From: Eledone cirrhosa
Lineage: Eukaryota
Direction: 5' to 3'
DNA length: 64,000 nucleotides
Assembly (NCBI GenBank): GCA_964016885.1
Contig: OZ024741.1
Coordinates: forward strand, 132,432,001 to 132,496,000
Position numbers and translations under genes: made by a program
Shown: one piece after another, positions 1 to 15,000 of the stretch
Layout of the letters: every line of letters starts with the position of its first letter
How positions within the stretch are numbered: position 1 is the first letter of the stretch
Notes under the pieces: model-generated
The model's database searches: none
Told to the model about the DNA's origin: nothing
Seen by the model: only the letters and a program-made list of their open reading frames with translations

Positions 1-3000
1 GACGTATTTTTAATAGATAATTCAGTTAAACAAGCCACACTGAGGCTATGGTCTGACGTCTTTTCACTAGATAATTCAGTTAAACAAGCCACACTGAGGC
101 TATGGACTGACGTCTTTTTACTAGATAATTAAGTTAAACAAGCCACACTGAGGCTATGGACTGACGTCTTTTTACTAGATAATTCAGTTAAACAAGCCGC
201 ACCGAGGCTATGGACTGACGTCTTTTTACTAGATAATTCAGTTAAACAAGCCACACTGAGGCTATGGACTGACGTCTTTTTACTAGATAATTCAGTTAAA
301 CAAGCCACACTGAGGCTATGGTCTGACGTCTTTTCACTAGATAATTCAGTTAAACAAGCCACACTAAGGCTATGGACTGACGACTTTTCACTAGATAATT
401 CAGTTAAACAAGCCGCACTGAGGCTATGGTCTGACGTCTTTTTACTAGATAATTCAGTTAAACAAGCCACACTGAGGCTATGGTCTGACGTCTTTTCACT
501 AGATAATTCAGTTAAACAAGCCACACTGAGGCTATGGACTGACGTCTTTTTGCTAGATAATTCAGTTAAACAAGCCACGCTGAGGCTATGGTCTGACGTC
601 TTTTTACTAGATAATTCAGTTAAACAAGCCACACTGAAGCTATGGTCTGACGTCTTTTTACTAGATAATTCAGTTAAACAAGCCACACTGAGGCCATGGA
701 CTGACATCTTTTTACTAGATAATTCAGTTAAACAAGCCACACTGAGGCTATGGACTGACGTCTTTTTACTAGATAATTCAGTTAAACAAGCCACACTGAG
801 GCTATGGTCTGACGTCCTTTTACTAGATAATTCAGTTAAACAAGCCAGACTGAGGCTATGGACTGACGTCTTTTTACTAGATAATTCAGTTAAACAAGCC
901 ACACTAAGGCTATGGACTGACGACTTTTCACTAGATAATTCAGTTAAACAAGCCGCACTGAGGCTATGGTCTGACGTCTTTTTACTAGATAATTCAGTTA
1001 AACAAGCCACACTGAGGCTATGGTCTGACGTCTTTTCACTAGATAATTCAGTTAAACAAGCCACACTGAGGCTATGGACTGACGTCTTTTTACTAGTTAA
1101 TTCAGTTAAACTAGCCACACTGAGGCTATGGTCTGACGTCTTTTCAGTAGATAATTCCGATAAACAAGCCACACTGAGGCTGTGGACTGACGTATTTTTA
1201 ATAGATAATTCAGTTAAACAAGCCACACTGAGGCTATGGTCTGACGTCTTTTCACTAGATAATTCAGTTAAACAAGCCACACTGAGGCTATGGACTGACG
1301 TCTTTTTACTAGATAATTAAGTTAAACAAGCCACACTGAGGCTATGGACTGACGTCTTTTTACTAGATAATTCAGTTAAACAAGCCGCACCGAGGCTATG
1401 GACTGACGTCTTTTTACTAGATAATTCAGTTAAACAAGCCACACTGAGGCTATGGACTGACGTCTTTTTACTAGATAATTCAGTTAAACAAGCCACACTG
1501 AGGCTATGGTCTGACGTCTTTTCACTAGATAATTCAGTTAAACAAGCCACACTAAGGCTATGGACTGACGACTTTTCACTAGATAATTCAGTTAAACAAG
1601 CCGCACTGAGGCTATGGTCTGACGTCTTTTTACTAGATAATTCAGTTAAACAAGCCACACTGAGGCTATGGTCTGACGTCTTTTCACTAGATAATTCAGT
1701 TAAACAAGCCACACTGAGGCTATGGACTGACGTCTTTTTGCTAGATAATTCAGTTAAACAAGCCACGCTGAGGCTATGGTCTGACGTCTTTTTACTAGAT
1801 AATTCAGTTAAACAAGCCACACTGAAGCTATGGTCTGACGTCTTTTTACTAGATAATTCAGTTAAACAAGCCACACTGAGGCCATGGACTGACATCTTTT
1901 TACTAGATAATTCAGTTAAACAAGCCACACTGAGGCTATGGACTGACGTCTTTTTACTAGATAATTCAGTTAAACAAGCCACACTGAGGCTATGGTCTGA
2001 CGTCCTTTTACTAGATAATTCAGTTAAACAAGCCAGACTGAGGCTATGGACTGACGTCTTTTTACTAGATAATTCAGTTAAACAAGCCACACTGAGGCTA
2101 TGGACTGACGTCTTTTTACTAGATAATTCAGTTAAACATGCCACACTGAGGCTATGGACTGACGTCTTTTTACTAGATAATTCAGTTAAACAAGCCACAC
2201 TGAGGCTATGGTCTGGCGTCTTTTCACTAGATAATTCAGTTAAACAAGCCACACTCAGGCTATGGTCTGACGTCTTTTTACTAGATACTTCAGTTAAACA
2301 AGCCACACTGAGACTATGGTCTGACGTCTTTTTACTAGATAATTCAGTTAAACAAGCCACACTGAGGCTATGGACTGACGTCTTTTTACTAGATAATTCA
2401 GTTAAACAAGCCACACTGAGGCTATGGTCTGACGTCTTTTTACTAGATAATTCAGTTAAACAAGCCACGCTGAGACTATGGTCTGACGTCTTTTTACTAG
2501 ATAATTCATTTAAACAAGCCACACTGAGGCTATGGACTGATATCTTTTTACTAGATAATTCAGTTAAACAAGCCACACTGGGGCTATGGTCTGACGTCTT
2601 TTTACTAGATAATTCAGTTAAACAAGCCACACTGAGGCTATGGACTGAGTTCTTTTTACTAGATAATTCAGTTAAACAAGCCAGACTGAGGCTATGGACT
2701 GACGTCTTTTTACTAGATAATTCAGTTAAACAAGCCACACTGAGGCTATGGACTGACGTCTTTTTACTAGATAATTCAGTTAAACAAGCCACACTGAAGC
2801 TATGGTCTGACGTCTTTTTACTAGATAATTCAGTTAAACAAGCCACACTGAGGCTATGGACTGGCATCTTTTTACTAGATAATTCAGTTAAACAAGCCAC
2901 ACTGAAGCTATGGTCTGACGTCTATATACTAGATAATTCAGTTAAACAAGCCACACTGAGGCTATGGACTGACATCTTTTTACTAGATAATTCAGTTAAA

Positions 3001-6000
3001 CAAGCCACACTGGAGCTATGGTCTGACGTCTTTTTCCTAGATAATTCAGTTAAACAAGCCACACTGAGGCTATGGCCTGACGTCTTTTTACTAGATAATT
3101 CAGTTAAACAAACCACACTGAGGCTATGGTCTGACGTCTTTTTACTAGATAATTCAGTTAAACAAGCCACCCTGAAGCTATGGTCTGACGTCTTTTTACT
3201 AGATAATTCAGTTAAACAAGCTACACTGAGGCTATGGACTGACATCTTTTTACTAGATAATTCAGTTAAACAAGCCACACTGAAGCTATGGTCTGACGTC
3301 TTTTTACTAGATAATTCAGTTAAACAAGCCACACTGAGGCTATGGACTGACGTCTTTTCACTAGATAATTCAGTTAAACAAGCCACACTGAGGCTATAGA
3401 CTGACGTCTTTTTACTAGTTAATTCAGTTAAACTAGCCACACTGAGGCTATGGTCTGACGTCTTTTCAGTAGATAATTCCGATAAACAAGCCACACTGAG
3501 GCTGTGGACTGACGTATTTTTAATAGATAATTCAGTTAAACAAGCCACACTGAGGCTATGGTCTGACGTCTTTTCACTAGATAATTCAGTTAAACAAGCC
3601 ACACTGAGGCTATGGACTGACGTCTTTTTACTAGATAATTAAGTTAAACAAGCCACACTGAGGCTATGGACTGACGTCTTTTTACTAGATAATTCAGTTA
3701 AACAAGCCGCACCGAGGCTATGGACTGACGTCTTTTTACTAGATAATTCAGTTAAACAAGCCACACTGAGGCTATGGACTGACGTCTTTTTACTAGATAA
3801 TTCAGTTAAACAAGCCACACTGAGGCTATGGTCTGACGTCTTTTCACTAGATAATTCAGTTAAACAAGCCACACTAAGGCTATGGACTGACGACTTTTCA
3901 CTAGATAATTCAGTTAAACAAGCCGCACTGAGGCTATGGTCTGACGTCTTTTTACTAGATAATTCAGTTAAACAAGCCACACTGAGGCTATGGTCTGACG
4001 TCTTTTTACTAGATAATTCAGTTAAACAAGCCACACTGAGGCTATGGACTGACGTCTTTTTGCTAGATAATTCAGTTAAACAAGCCACGCTGAGGCTATG
4101 GTCTGACGTCTTTTTACTAGATAATTCAGTTAAACAAGCCACACTGAAGCTATGGTCTGACGTCTTTTTACTAGATAATTCAGTTAAACAAGCCTCACTG
4201 AGGCCATGGACTGACATCTTTTTACTAGATAATTCAGTTAAACAAGCCACACTGAGGCTATGGACTGACGTCTTTTTACTAGATAATTCAGTTAAACAAG
4301 CCACACTGAGGCTATGGTCTGACGTCCTTTTACTAGATAATTCAGTTAAACAAGCCAGACTGAGGCTATGGACTGACGTCTTTTTACTAGATAATTCAGT
4401 TAAACAAGCCACACTAAGGCTATGGACTGACGACTTTTCACTAGATAATTCAGTTAAACAAGCCGCACTGAGGCTATGGTCTGACGTCTTTTTACTAGAT
4501 AATTCAGTTAAACAAGCCACACTGAGGCTATGGTCTGACGTCTTTTCACTAGATAATTCAGTTAAACAAGCCACACTGAGGCTATGGACTGACGTCTTTT
4601 TGCTAGATAATTCAGTTAAACAAGCCACGCTGAGGCTATGGTCTGACGTCTTTTTACTAGATAATTCAGTTAAACAAGCCACACTGAAGCTATGGTCTGA
4701 CGTCTTTTTACTAGATAATTCAGTTAAACAAGCCACACTGAGGCCATGGACTGACATCTTTTTACTAGATAATTCAGTTAAACAAGCCACACTGAGGCTA
4801 TGGACTGACGTCTTTTTACTAGATAATTCAGTTAAACAAGCCACACTGAGGCTATGGTCTGACGTCCTTTTACTAGATAATTCAGTTAAACAAGCCAGAC
4901 TGAGGCTATGGACTGACGTCTTTTTACTAGATAATTCAGTTAAACAAGCCACACTGAGGCTATGGTCTGACGTCTTTTTACTAGATAATTCATTTAAACA
5001 AGCCACACTGAGGCTATGGTCTGACGTCTTTTTACTAGATAATTCAGTTAAACAAGCCACACTGAGGCTATGGACTGACGTCTTTTTACTAGATAATTCA
5101 GTTAAACAAGCCACACTGAGGCTATGGACTGACGTCTTTTTACTAGATAATTCAGTTAAACATGCCACACTGAGGCTATGGACTGACGTCTTTTTACTAG
5201 ATAATTCAGTTAAACAAGCCACACTGAGGCTATGGTCTGGCGTCTTTTCACTAGATAATTCAGTTAAACAAGCCACACTCAGGCTATGGTCTGACGTCTT
5301 TTTACTAGATACTTCAGTTAAACAAGCCACACTGAGACTATGGTCTGACGTCTTTTTACTAGATAATTCAGTTAAACAAGCCACACTGAGGCTATGGACT
5401 GACGTCTTTTTACTAGATAATTCAGTTAAACAAGCCACACTGAGGCTATGGTCTGACGTCTTTTTACTAGATAATTCAGTTAAACAAGCCACGCTGAGAC
5501 TATGGTCTGACGTCTTTTTACTAGATAATTCATTTAAACAAGCCACACTGAGGCTATGGACTGATATCTTTTTACTAGATAATTCAGTTAAACAAGCCAC
5601 ACTGGGGCTATGGTCTGACGTCTTTTTACTAGATAATTCAGTTAAACAAGCCACACTGAGGCTATGGACTGAGTTCTTTTTACTAGATAATTCAGTTAAA
5701 CAAGCCAGACTGAGGCTATGGACTGACGTCTTTTTACTAGATAATTCAGTTAAACAAGCCACACTGAGGCTATGGACTGACGTCTTTTTACTAGATAATT
5801 CAGTTAAACAAGCCACACTGAAGCTATGGTCTGACGTCTTTTTACTAGATAATTCAGTTAAACAAGCCACACTGAGGCTATGGACTGGCATCTTTTTACT
5901 AGATAATTCAGTTAAACAAGCCACACTGAAGCTATGGTCTGACGTCTATATACTAGATAATTCAGTTAAACAAGCCACACTGAGGCTATGGACTGACATC

Positions 6001-9000
6001 TTTTTACTAGATAATTCAGTTAAACAAGCCACACTGGAGCTATGGTCTGACGTCTTTTTCCTAGATAATTCAGTTAAACAAGCCACACTGAGGCTATGGC
6101 CTGACGTCTTTTTACTAGATAATTCAGTTAAACAAACCACACTGAGGCTATGGTCTGACGTCTTTTTACTAGATAATTCAGTTAAACAAGCCACCCTGAA
6201 GCTATGGTCTGACGTCTTTTTACTAGATAATTCAGTTAAACAAGCTACACTGAGGCTATGGACTGACATCTTTTTACTAGATAATTCAGTTAAACAAGCC
6301 ACACTGAAGCTATGGTCTGACGTCTTTTTACTAGATAATTCAGTTAAACAAGCCACACTGAGGCTATGGACTGACGTCTTTTCACTAGATAATTCAGTTA
6401 AACAAGCCACACTGAGGCTATAGACTGACGTCTTTTTACTAGTTAATTCAGTTAAACTAGCCACACTGAGGCTATGGTCTGACGTCTTTTCAGTAGATAA
6501 TTCCGATAAACAAGCCACACTGAGGCTGTGGACTGACGTATTTTTAATAGATAATTCAGTTAAACAAGCCACACTGAGGCTATGGTCTGACGTCTTTTCA
6601 CTAGATAATTCAGTTAAACAAGCCACACTGAGGCTATGGACTGACGTCTTTTTACTAGATAATTAAGTTAAACAAGCCACACTGAGGCTATGGACTGACG
6701 TCTTTTTACTAGATAATTCAGTTAAACAAGCCGCACCGAGGCTATGGACTGACGTCTTTTTACTAGATAATTCAGTTAAACAAGCCACACTGAGGCTATG
6801 GACTGACGTCTTTTTACTAGATAATTCAGTTAAACAAGCCACACTGAGGCTATGGTCTGACGTCTTTTCACTAGATAATTCAGTTAAACAAGCCACACTA
6901 AGGCTATGGACTGACGACTTTTCACTAGATAATTCAGTTAAACAAGCCGCACTGAGGCTATGGTCTGACGTCTTTTTACTAGATAATTCAGTTAAACAAG
7001 CCACACTGAGGCTATGGTCTGACGTCTTTTCACTAGATAATTCAGTTAAACAAGCCACACTGAGGCTATGGACTGACGTCTTTTTGCTAGATAATTCAGT
7101 TAAACAAGCCACGCTGAGGCTATGGTCTGACGTCTTTTTACTAGATAATTCAGTTAAACAAGCCACACTGAAGCTATGGTCTGACGTCTTTTTACTAGAT
7201 AATTCAGTTAAACAAGCCACACTGAGGCCATGGACTGACATCTTTTTACTAGATAATTCAGTTAAACAAGCCACACTGAGGCTATGGACTGACGTCTTTT
7301 TACTAGATAATTCAGTTAAACAAGCCACACTGAGGCTATGGTCTGACGTCCTTTTACTAGATAATTCAGTTAAACAAGCCAGACTGAGGCTATGGACTGA
7401 CGTCTTTTTACTAGATAATTCAGTTAAACAAGCCACACTGAGGCTATGGTCTGACGTCTTTTTACTAGATAATTCATTTAAACAAGCCACACTGAGGCTA
7501 TGGTCTGACGTCTTTTTACTAGATAATTCAGTTAAACAAGCCACACTGAGGCTATGGACTGACGTCTTTTTACTAGATAATTCAGTTAAACAAGCCACAC
7601 TGAGGCTATGGACTGACGTCTTTTTACTAGATAATTCAGTTAAACATGCCACACTGAGGCTATGGACTGACGTCTTTTTACTAGATAATTCAGTTAAACA
7701 AGCCACACTGAGGCTATGGTCTGGCGTCTTTTCACTAGATAATTCAGTTAAACAAGCCACACTGAGGCTATGGTCTGACGTCTTTTTACTAGATACTTCA
7801 GTTAAACAAGCCACACTGAGACTATGGTCTGACGTCTTTTTACTAGATAATTCAGTTAAACAAGCCACACTGAGGCTATGGACTGACGTCTTTTTACTAG
7901 ATAATTCAGTTAAACAAGCCACACTGAGGCTATGGTCTGACGTCTTTTTACTAGATAATTCAGTTAAACAAGCCACGCTGAGACTATGGTCTGACGTCTT
8001 TTTACTAGATAATTCATTTAAACAAGCCACACTGAGGCTATGGACTGATATCTTTTTACTAGATAATTCAGTTAAACAAGCCACACTGGGGCTATGGTCT
8101 GACGTCTTTTTACTAGATAATTCAGTTAAACAAGCCACACTGAGGCTATGGACTGAGTTCTTTTTACTAGATAATTCAGTTAAACAAGCCAGACTGAGGC
8201 TATGGACTGACGTCTTTTTACTAGATAATTCAGTTAAACAAGCCACACTGAGGCTATGGACTGACGTCTTTTTACTAGATAATTCAGTTAAACAAGCCAC
8301 ACTGAGGCTATGGTCTGACGTCTTTTTACTAGATAATTCAGTTAAACAAGCCACACTGAGGCTATGGACTGACGTCTTTTTACTAGATAATTCAGTTAAA
8401 CAAGCCACACTGAGGCTATGGACTGACGTCTTTTTACTAGATAATTCAGTTAAACAAGCCACACTGAGGCTATGGACTGACGTCTTTTTACTAGTTAATT
8501 CAGTTAAACAAGCCACACTGAGGCTATGGTCTGACGTCTTTTTACTAGATAATTCAGTTAAACAAACCACACTGAGGCTATGGTCTGACGTCTTTTTACT
8601 AGTTAATTCAGTTAAACAAGCCACACTGAGGCTATGGTCTGACGTCTTTTTACTAGATAATTCAGTTAAACAAGCCACACTGAGACTATGGTCTGACGTC
8701 TTTTTACTAGATAATTCAGTTAAACAAGCCACACTGAGGCTATGGACTGACGTCTTTTTACTAGATAATTCAGTTAAACAAGCCACACTGAGGCTATGGT
8801 CTGACGTCTTTTTACTAGATAATTCAGTTAAACAAGCCACGCTGAGGCTATGGTCTGACGTCTTTTTACTAGATAATTCATTTAAACAAGCCACACTGAG
8901 GCTATGGACTGATATCTTTTTACTAGATAATTCAGTTAAACAAGCCACACTGAGGCTATGGTCTGACGTCTTTTTAATAGATAATTCAGTTAAACAAGCC

Positions 9001-12000
9001 AGACTGAGGCTATGGTCTGACGTCTTTTCATGAGATAATTCAGTTAAACAAGCCACACTGAAACTATGGACTGACGTCTTTTTACTAGATAATTCAGTTA
9101 AACAAGCCACACTGAGGCTATGGTCTGACGTCTTTTTACTAGATAATTCAGTTAAACAAGCCACACTGAGGCTATGGTCTGACGTCTTTTCACTAGATAA
9201 TTCAGTTAAACAAGCCACACTGAGGCTATAGACTGACGTCTTTTTACTAGATAATTCAGTTAAACAAGCCACACTGAGGCTATGGACTGACGTCTTTTTA
9301 CTACATAATTTAGTTAAACAAGCCAGACTGAGGCTATGGTCTGACGTCTTTTCACTAGATAATTCAGTTAAACAAGCCACACTGAGGCTATGGACTGACG
9401 TCTTTTTACTACATAATTTAGTTAAACAAGCCACACTGAGGCTATGGTCTGACGTCTTTTTACTAGATAATTCAGTTAAACAAGCCACACTGAGGCTATG
9501 GACTGACGTTTTTTTACTAGATAATTCAGTTAAACAAGCCACACTGAGGCTATGGACTGACGTCTTTTTACTAGATAATTCAGTTAAACAAGCCACACTG
9601 AGGCTATAGACTGACGTCTTTTCACTAGATAATTCAGTTAAACAAGCGACACTGAGGCTATGGACTGACGTCTTTTTACTAGATAATTCAGTTAAACAAG
9701 CTACACTGAGGCTATGGATTGACGTCTTTTTACTAGATAATTCAGTTAAACAAGTCACACTGAGGATATGGTCTGACGTCTTTTTACTAGATAATTCAGT
9801 TAAACAAGCCACACTGAGGCTATGGACTAACGTCTTTTTACTAGATAATTCAGTTAAACAAGCCACACTGAGGCTATGGACTGACGTCTTTTCACTAGAT
9901 AATTCAGTTAAACAAGCCACACTGAGGCTACGGTCTGACGTCTTTTTACTAGATAATTCATTTAAACAAGCCACACTAAGACTATGTACTGATATCTTTT
10001 TACTAGATAATTCAGTTAAACAATCCACACTGAGGCTATGGTCTGACGTCTTTTTACTAGATAATTCAGTTAAACAAGCCACACTGAGGCTATGGACTGA
10101 CGTCTTTTTACTAGATAATTCAGTTAAACAAGCCACACTGAGACTATGGACTGAGTTCTTTTTACTAGATAATTCAGTTAAACAAGCCACACTGAGGCTA
10201 TGGACTGACGTCTTTTTACTAGTTAATTCAGTTAAACAAGCCACACTGAGGCTATGGTCTGACGTCTTTTTACTAGATAATTCAGTTAAACAAGCCACAC
10301 TGAGGCTATGGTCTGACGTCTTTTTACTACTTAATTCAGTTAAACAAGCCACACTGAGGCTATGGTCTGACGTCTTTTTACTAGATGATTCAGTTAAACA
10401 AGCCACACTGAGACTATGGTCTGACGTCTTTTTACTAGATAATTCAGTTAAACAAGCCACACTGAGGCTATGGACTGACGTCTTTTTACTAGATAATTCA
10501 GTTAAACAAGCCACACTGAGGCTATGGTCTGACGTCTTTTTACTAGATAATTCAGTTAAACAAGCCACGCTGAGGCTATGGTCTGACGTCTTTTTACTAG
10601 ATAATTCATTTAAACAAGCCACACTGAGGCTATGGACTGATATCTTTTTACTAGATAATTCAGTTAAACAAGCCACACTGAGGCTATGGTCTGACGTCTT
10701 TTTACTAGATAATTCAGTTAAACAAGCCAGACTGAGGCTATGGTCTGACGTATTTTCATTAGATAATTCAGTTAAACAGGCCACACTGAAGCTATGGACT
10801 GACGTCTTTTTACTAGATAATTCAGTTAAACAAGCCACACTGAGGCTATGGTCTGACGTCTTTTTACTAGATAATTCAGTTAAACAAGCCACACTGAGGC
10901 TATGGTCTGACGTCTTTTTACTAGTTAATTCAGTTAAACAAGCCACACTGAAGCTATGGTCTGACGTCTATATACTAGATAATTCAGTTAAACAAGCCAC
11001 ACTGAGGCTATGGACTGACATCTTTTTACTAGATAATTCAGTTAAACAAGCCACACTGGAGCTATGGTCTGACGTCTTTTTCCTAGATAATTCAGTTAAA
11101 CAAGCCACACTGAGGCTATGGCCTGACGTCTTTTTACTAGATAATTCAGTTAAACAAACCACACTGAGGCTATGGTCTGACGTCTTTTTACTAGATAATT
11201 CAGTTAAACAAGCCACCCTGAAGCTATGGTCTGACGTCTTTTTACTAGATAATTCAGTTAAACAAGCTACACTGAGGCTATGGACTGACATCTTTTTACT
11301 AGATAATTCAGTTAAACAAGCCACACTGAAGCTATGGTCTGACGTCTTTTTACTAGATAATTCAGTTAAACAAGCCACACTGAGGCTATGGACTGACGTC
11401 TTTTCACTAGATAATTCAGTTAAACAAGCCACACTGAGGCTATAGACTGACGTCTTTTTACTAGTTAATTCAGTTAAACTAGCCACACTGAGGCTATGGT
11501 CTGACGTCTTTTCAGTAGATAATTCCGATAAACAAGCCACACTGAGGCTGTGGACTGACGTATTTTTAATAGATAATTCAGTTAAACAAGCCACACTGAG
11601 GCTATGGTCTGACGTCTTTTCACTAGATAATTCAGTTAAACAAGCCACACTGAGGCTATGGACTGACGTCTTTTTACTAGATAATTAAGTTAAACAAGCC
11701 ACACTGAGGCTATGGACTGACGTCTTTTTACTAGATAATTCAGTTAAACAAGCCGCACCGAGGCTATGGACTGACGTCTTTTTACTAGATAATTCAGTTA
11801 AACAAGCCACACTGAGGCTATGGACTGACGTCTTTTTACTAGATAATTCAGTTAAACAAGCCACACTGAGGCTATGGTCTGACGTCTTTTCACTAGATAA
11901 TTCAGTTAAACAAGCCACACTAAGGCTATGGACTGACGACTTTTCACTAGATAATTCAGTTAAACAAGCCGCACTGAGGCTATGGTCTGACGTCTTTTTA

Positions 12001-15000
12001 CTAGATAATTCAGTTAAACAAGCCTCACTGAGGCTATGGTCTGACGTCTTTTCACTAGATAATTCAGTTAAACAAGCCACACTGAGGCTATGGACTGACG
12101 TCTTTTTGCTAGATAATTCAGTTAAACAAGCCACGCTGAGGCTATGGTCTGACGTCTTTTTACTAGATAATTCATTTAAACAAGCCACACTGAGGCTATG
12201 GTCTGACGTCTTTTTACTAGATAATTCAGTTAAACAAGCCACACTGAGGCTATGGACTGACGTCTTTTTACTAGATAATTCAGTTAAACAAGCCACACTG
12301 AGGCTATGGACTGACGTCTTTTTACTAGATAATTCAGTTAAACATGCCACACTGAGGCTATGGACTGACGTCTTTTTACTAGATAATTCAGTTAAACAAG
12401 CCACACTGAGGCTATGGTCTGGCGTCTTTTCACTAGATAATTCAGTTAAACAAGCCACACTGAGGCTATGGTCTGACGTCTTTTTACTAGATACTTCAGT
12501 TAAACAAGCCACACTGAGACTATGGTCTGACGTCTTTTTACTAGATAATTCAGTTAAACAAGCCACACTGAGGCTATGGACTGACGTCTTTTTACTAGAT
12601 AATTCAGTTAAACAAGCCACACTGAGGCTATGGTCTGACGTCTTTTTACTAGATAATTCAGTTAAACAAGCCACGCTGAGACTATGGTCTGACGTCTTTT
12701 TACTAGATAATTCATTTAAACAAGCCACACTGAGGCTATGGACTGATATCTTTTTACTAGATAATTCAGTTAAACAAGCCACACTGGGGCTATGGTCTGA
12801 CGTCTTTTTACTAGATAATTCAGTTAAACAAGCCACACTGAGGCTATGGACTGAGTTCTTTTTACTAGATAATTCAGTTAAACAAGCCAGACTGAGGCTA
12901 TGGACTGACGTCTTTTTACTAGATAATTCAGTTAAACAAGCCACACTGAGGCTATGGACTGACGTCTTTTTACTAGATAATTCAGTTAAACAAGCCACAC
13001 TGAGGCTATGGTCTGACGTCTTTTTACTAGATAATTCAGTTAAACAAGCCACACTGAGGCTATGGACTGACGTCTTTTTACTAGATAATTCAGTTAAACA
13101 AGCCACACTGAGGCTATGGACTGACGTCTTTTTACTAGATAATTCAGTTAAACAAGCCACACTGAGGCTATGGACTGACGTCTTTTTACTAGTTAATTCA
13201 GTTAAACAAGCCACACTGAGGCTATGGTCTGACGTCTTTTTACTAGATAATTCAGTTAAACAAACCACACTGAGGCTATGGTCTGACGTCTTTTTACTAG
13301 TTAATTCAGTTAAACAAGCCACACTGAGGCTATGGTCTGACGTCTTTTTACTAGATAATTCAGTTAAACAAGCCACACTGAGACTATGGTCTGACGTCTT
13401 TTTACTAGATAATTCAGTTAAACAAGCCACACTGAGGCTATGGACTGACGTCTTTTTACTAGATAATTCAGTTAAACAAGCCACACTGAGGCTATGGTCT
13501 GACGTCTTTTTACTAGATAATTCAGTTAAACAAGCCACGCTGAGGCTATGGTCTGACGTCTTTTTACTAGATAATTCATTTAAACAAGCCACACTGAGGC
13601 TATGGACTGATATCTTTTTACTAGATAATTCAGTTAAACAAGCCACACTGAGGCTATGGTCTGACGTCTTTTTACTAGATAATTCAGTTAAACAAGCCAG
13701 ACTGAGGCTATGGTCTGACGTCTTTTCATTAGATAATTCAGTTAAACAGGCCACACTGAAGCTATGGACTGACGTCTTTTTACTAGATAATTCAGTTAAA
13801 CAAGCCACACTGAGGCTATGGTCTGACGTCTTTTTACTAGATAATTCAGTTAAACAAGCCACACTGAGGCTATGGTCTGACGTCTTTTTACTAGTTAATT
13901 CAGTTAAACAAGCCACACTGAGGCTATGGTCTGACGTCTTTTTACTAGATGATTCAGTTAAACAAGCCACACTGAGACTATGGTCTGACGTCTTTTTACT
14001 AGATAATTCAGTTAAACAAGCCACACTGAGGCTATGGACTGACGTCTTTTTACTAGATAATTCAGTTAAACAAGCCGCACCGAGGCTATGGACTGACGTC
14101 TTTTTACTAGATAATTCAGTTAAACAAGCCACACTGAGGCTATGGACTGACGTCTTTTTACTAGATAATTCAGTTAAACAAGCCACACTGAGGCTATGGT
14201 CTGACGTCTTTTCACTAGATAATTCAGTTAAACAAGCCACACTAAGGCTATGGACTGACGACTTTTCACTAGATAATTCAGTTAAACAAGCCGCACTGAG
14301 GCTATGGTCTGACGTCTTTTTACTAGATAATTCAGTTAAACAAGCCTCACTGAGGCTATGGTCTGACGTCTTTTCACTAGATAATTCAGTTAAACAAGCC
14401 ACACTGAGGCTATGGACTGACGTCTTTTTGCTAGATAATTCAGTTAAACAAGCCACGCTGAGGCTATGGTCTGACGTCTTTTTACTAGATAATTCAGTTA
14501 AACAAGCCACACTGAAGCTATGGTCTGACGTCTTTTTACTAGATAATTCAGTTAAACAAGCCACACTGAGGCCATGGACTGACATCTTTTTACTAGATAA
14601 TTCAGTTAAACAAGCCACACTGAGGCTATGGACTGACGTCTTTTTACTAGATAATTCAGTTAAACAAGCCACACTGAGGCTATGGTCTGACGTCCTTTTA
14701 CTAGATAATTCAGTTAAACAAGCCAGACTGAGGCTATGGACTGACGTCTTTTTACTAGATAATTCAGTTAAACAAGCCACACTGAGGCTATGGTCTGACG
14801 TCTTTTTACTAGATAATTCATTTAAACAAGCCACACTGAGGCTATGGTCTGACGTCTTTTTACTAGATAATTCAGTTAAACAAGCCACACTGAGGCTATG
14901 GACTGACGTCTTTTTACTAGATAATTCAGTTAAACAAGCCACACTGAGGCTATGGACTGACGTCTTTTTACTAGATAATTCAGTTAAACATGCCACACTG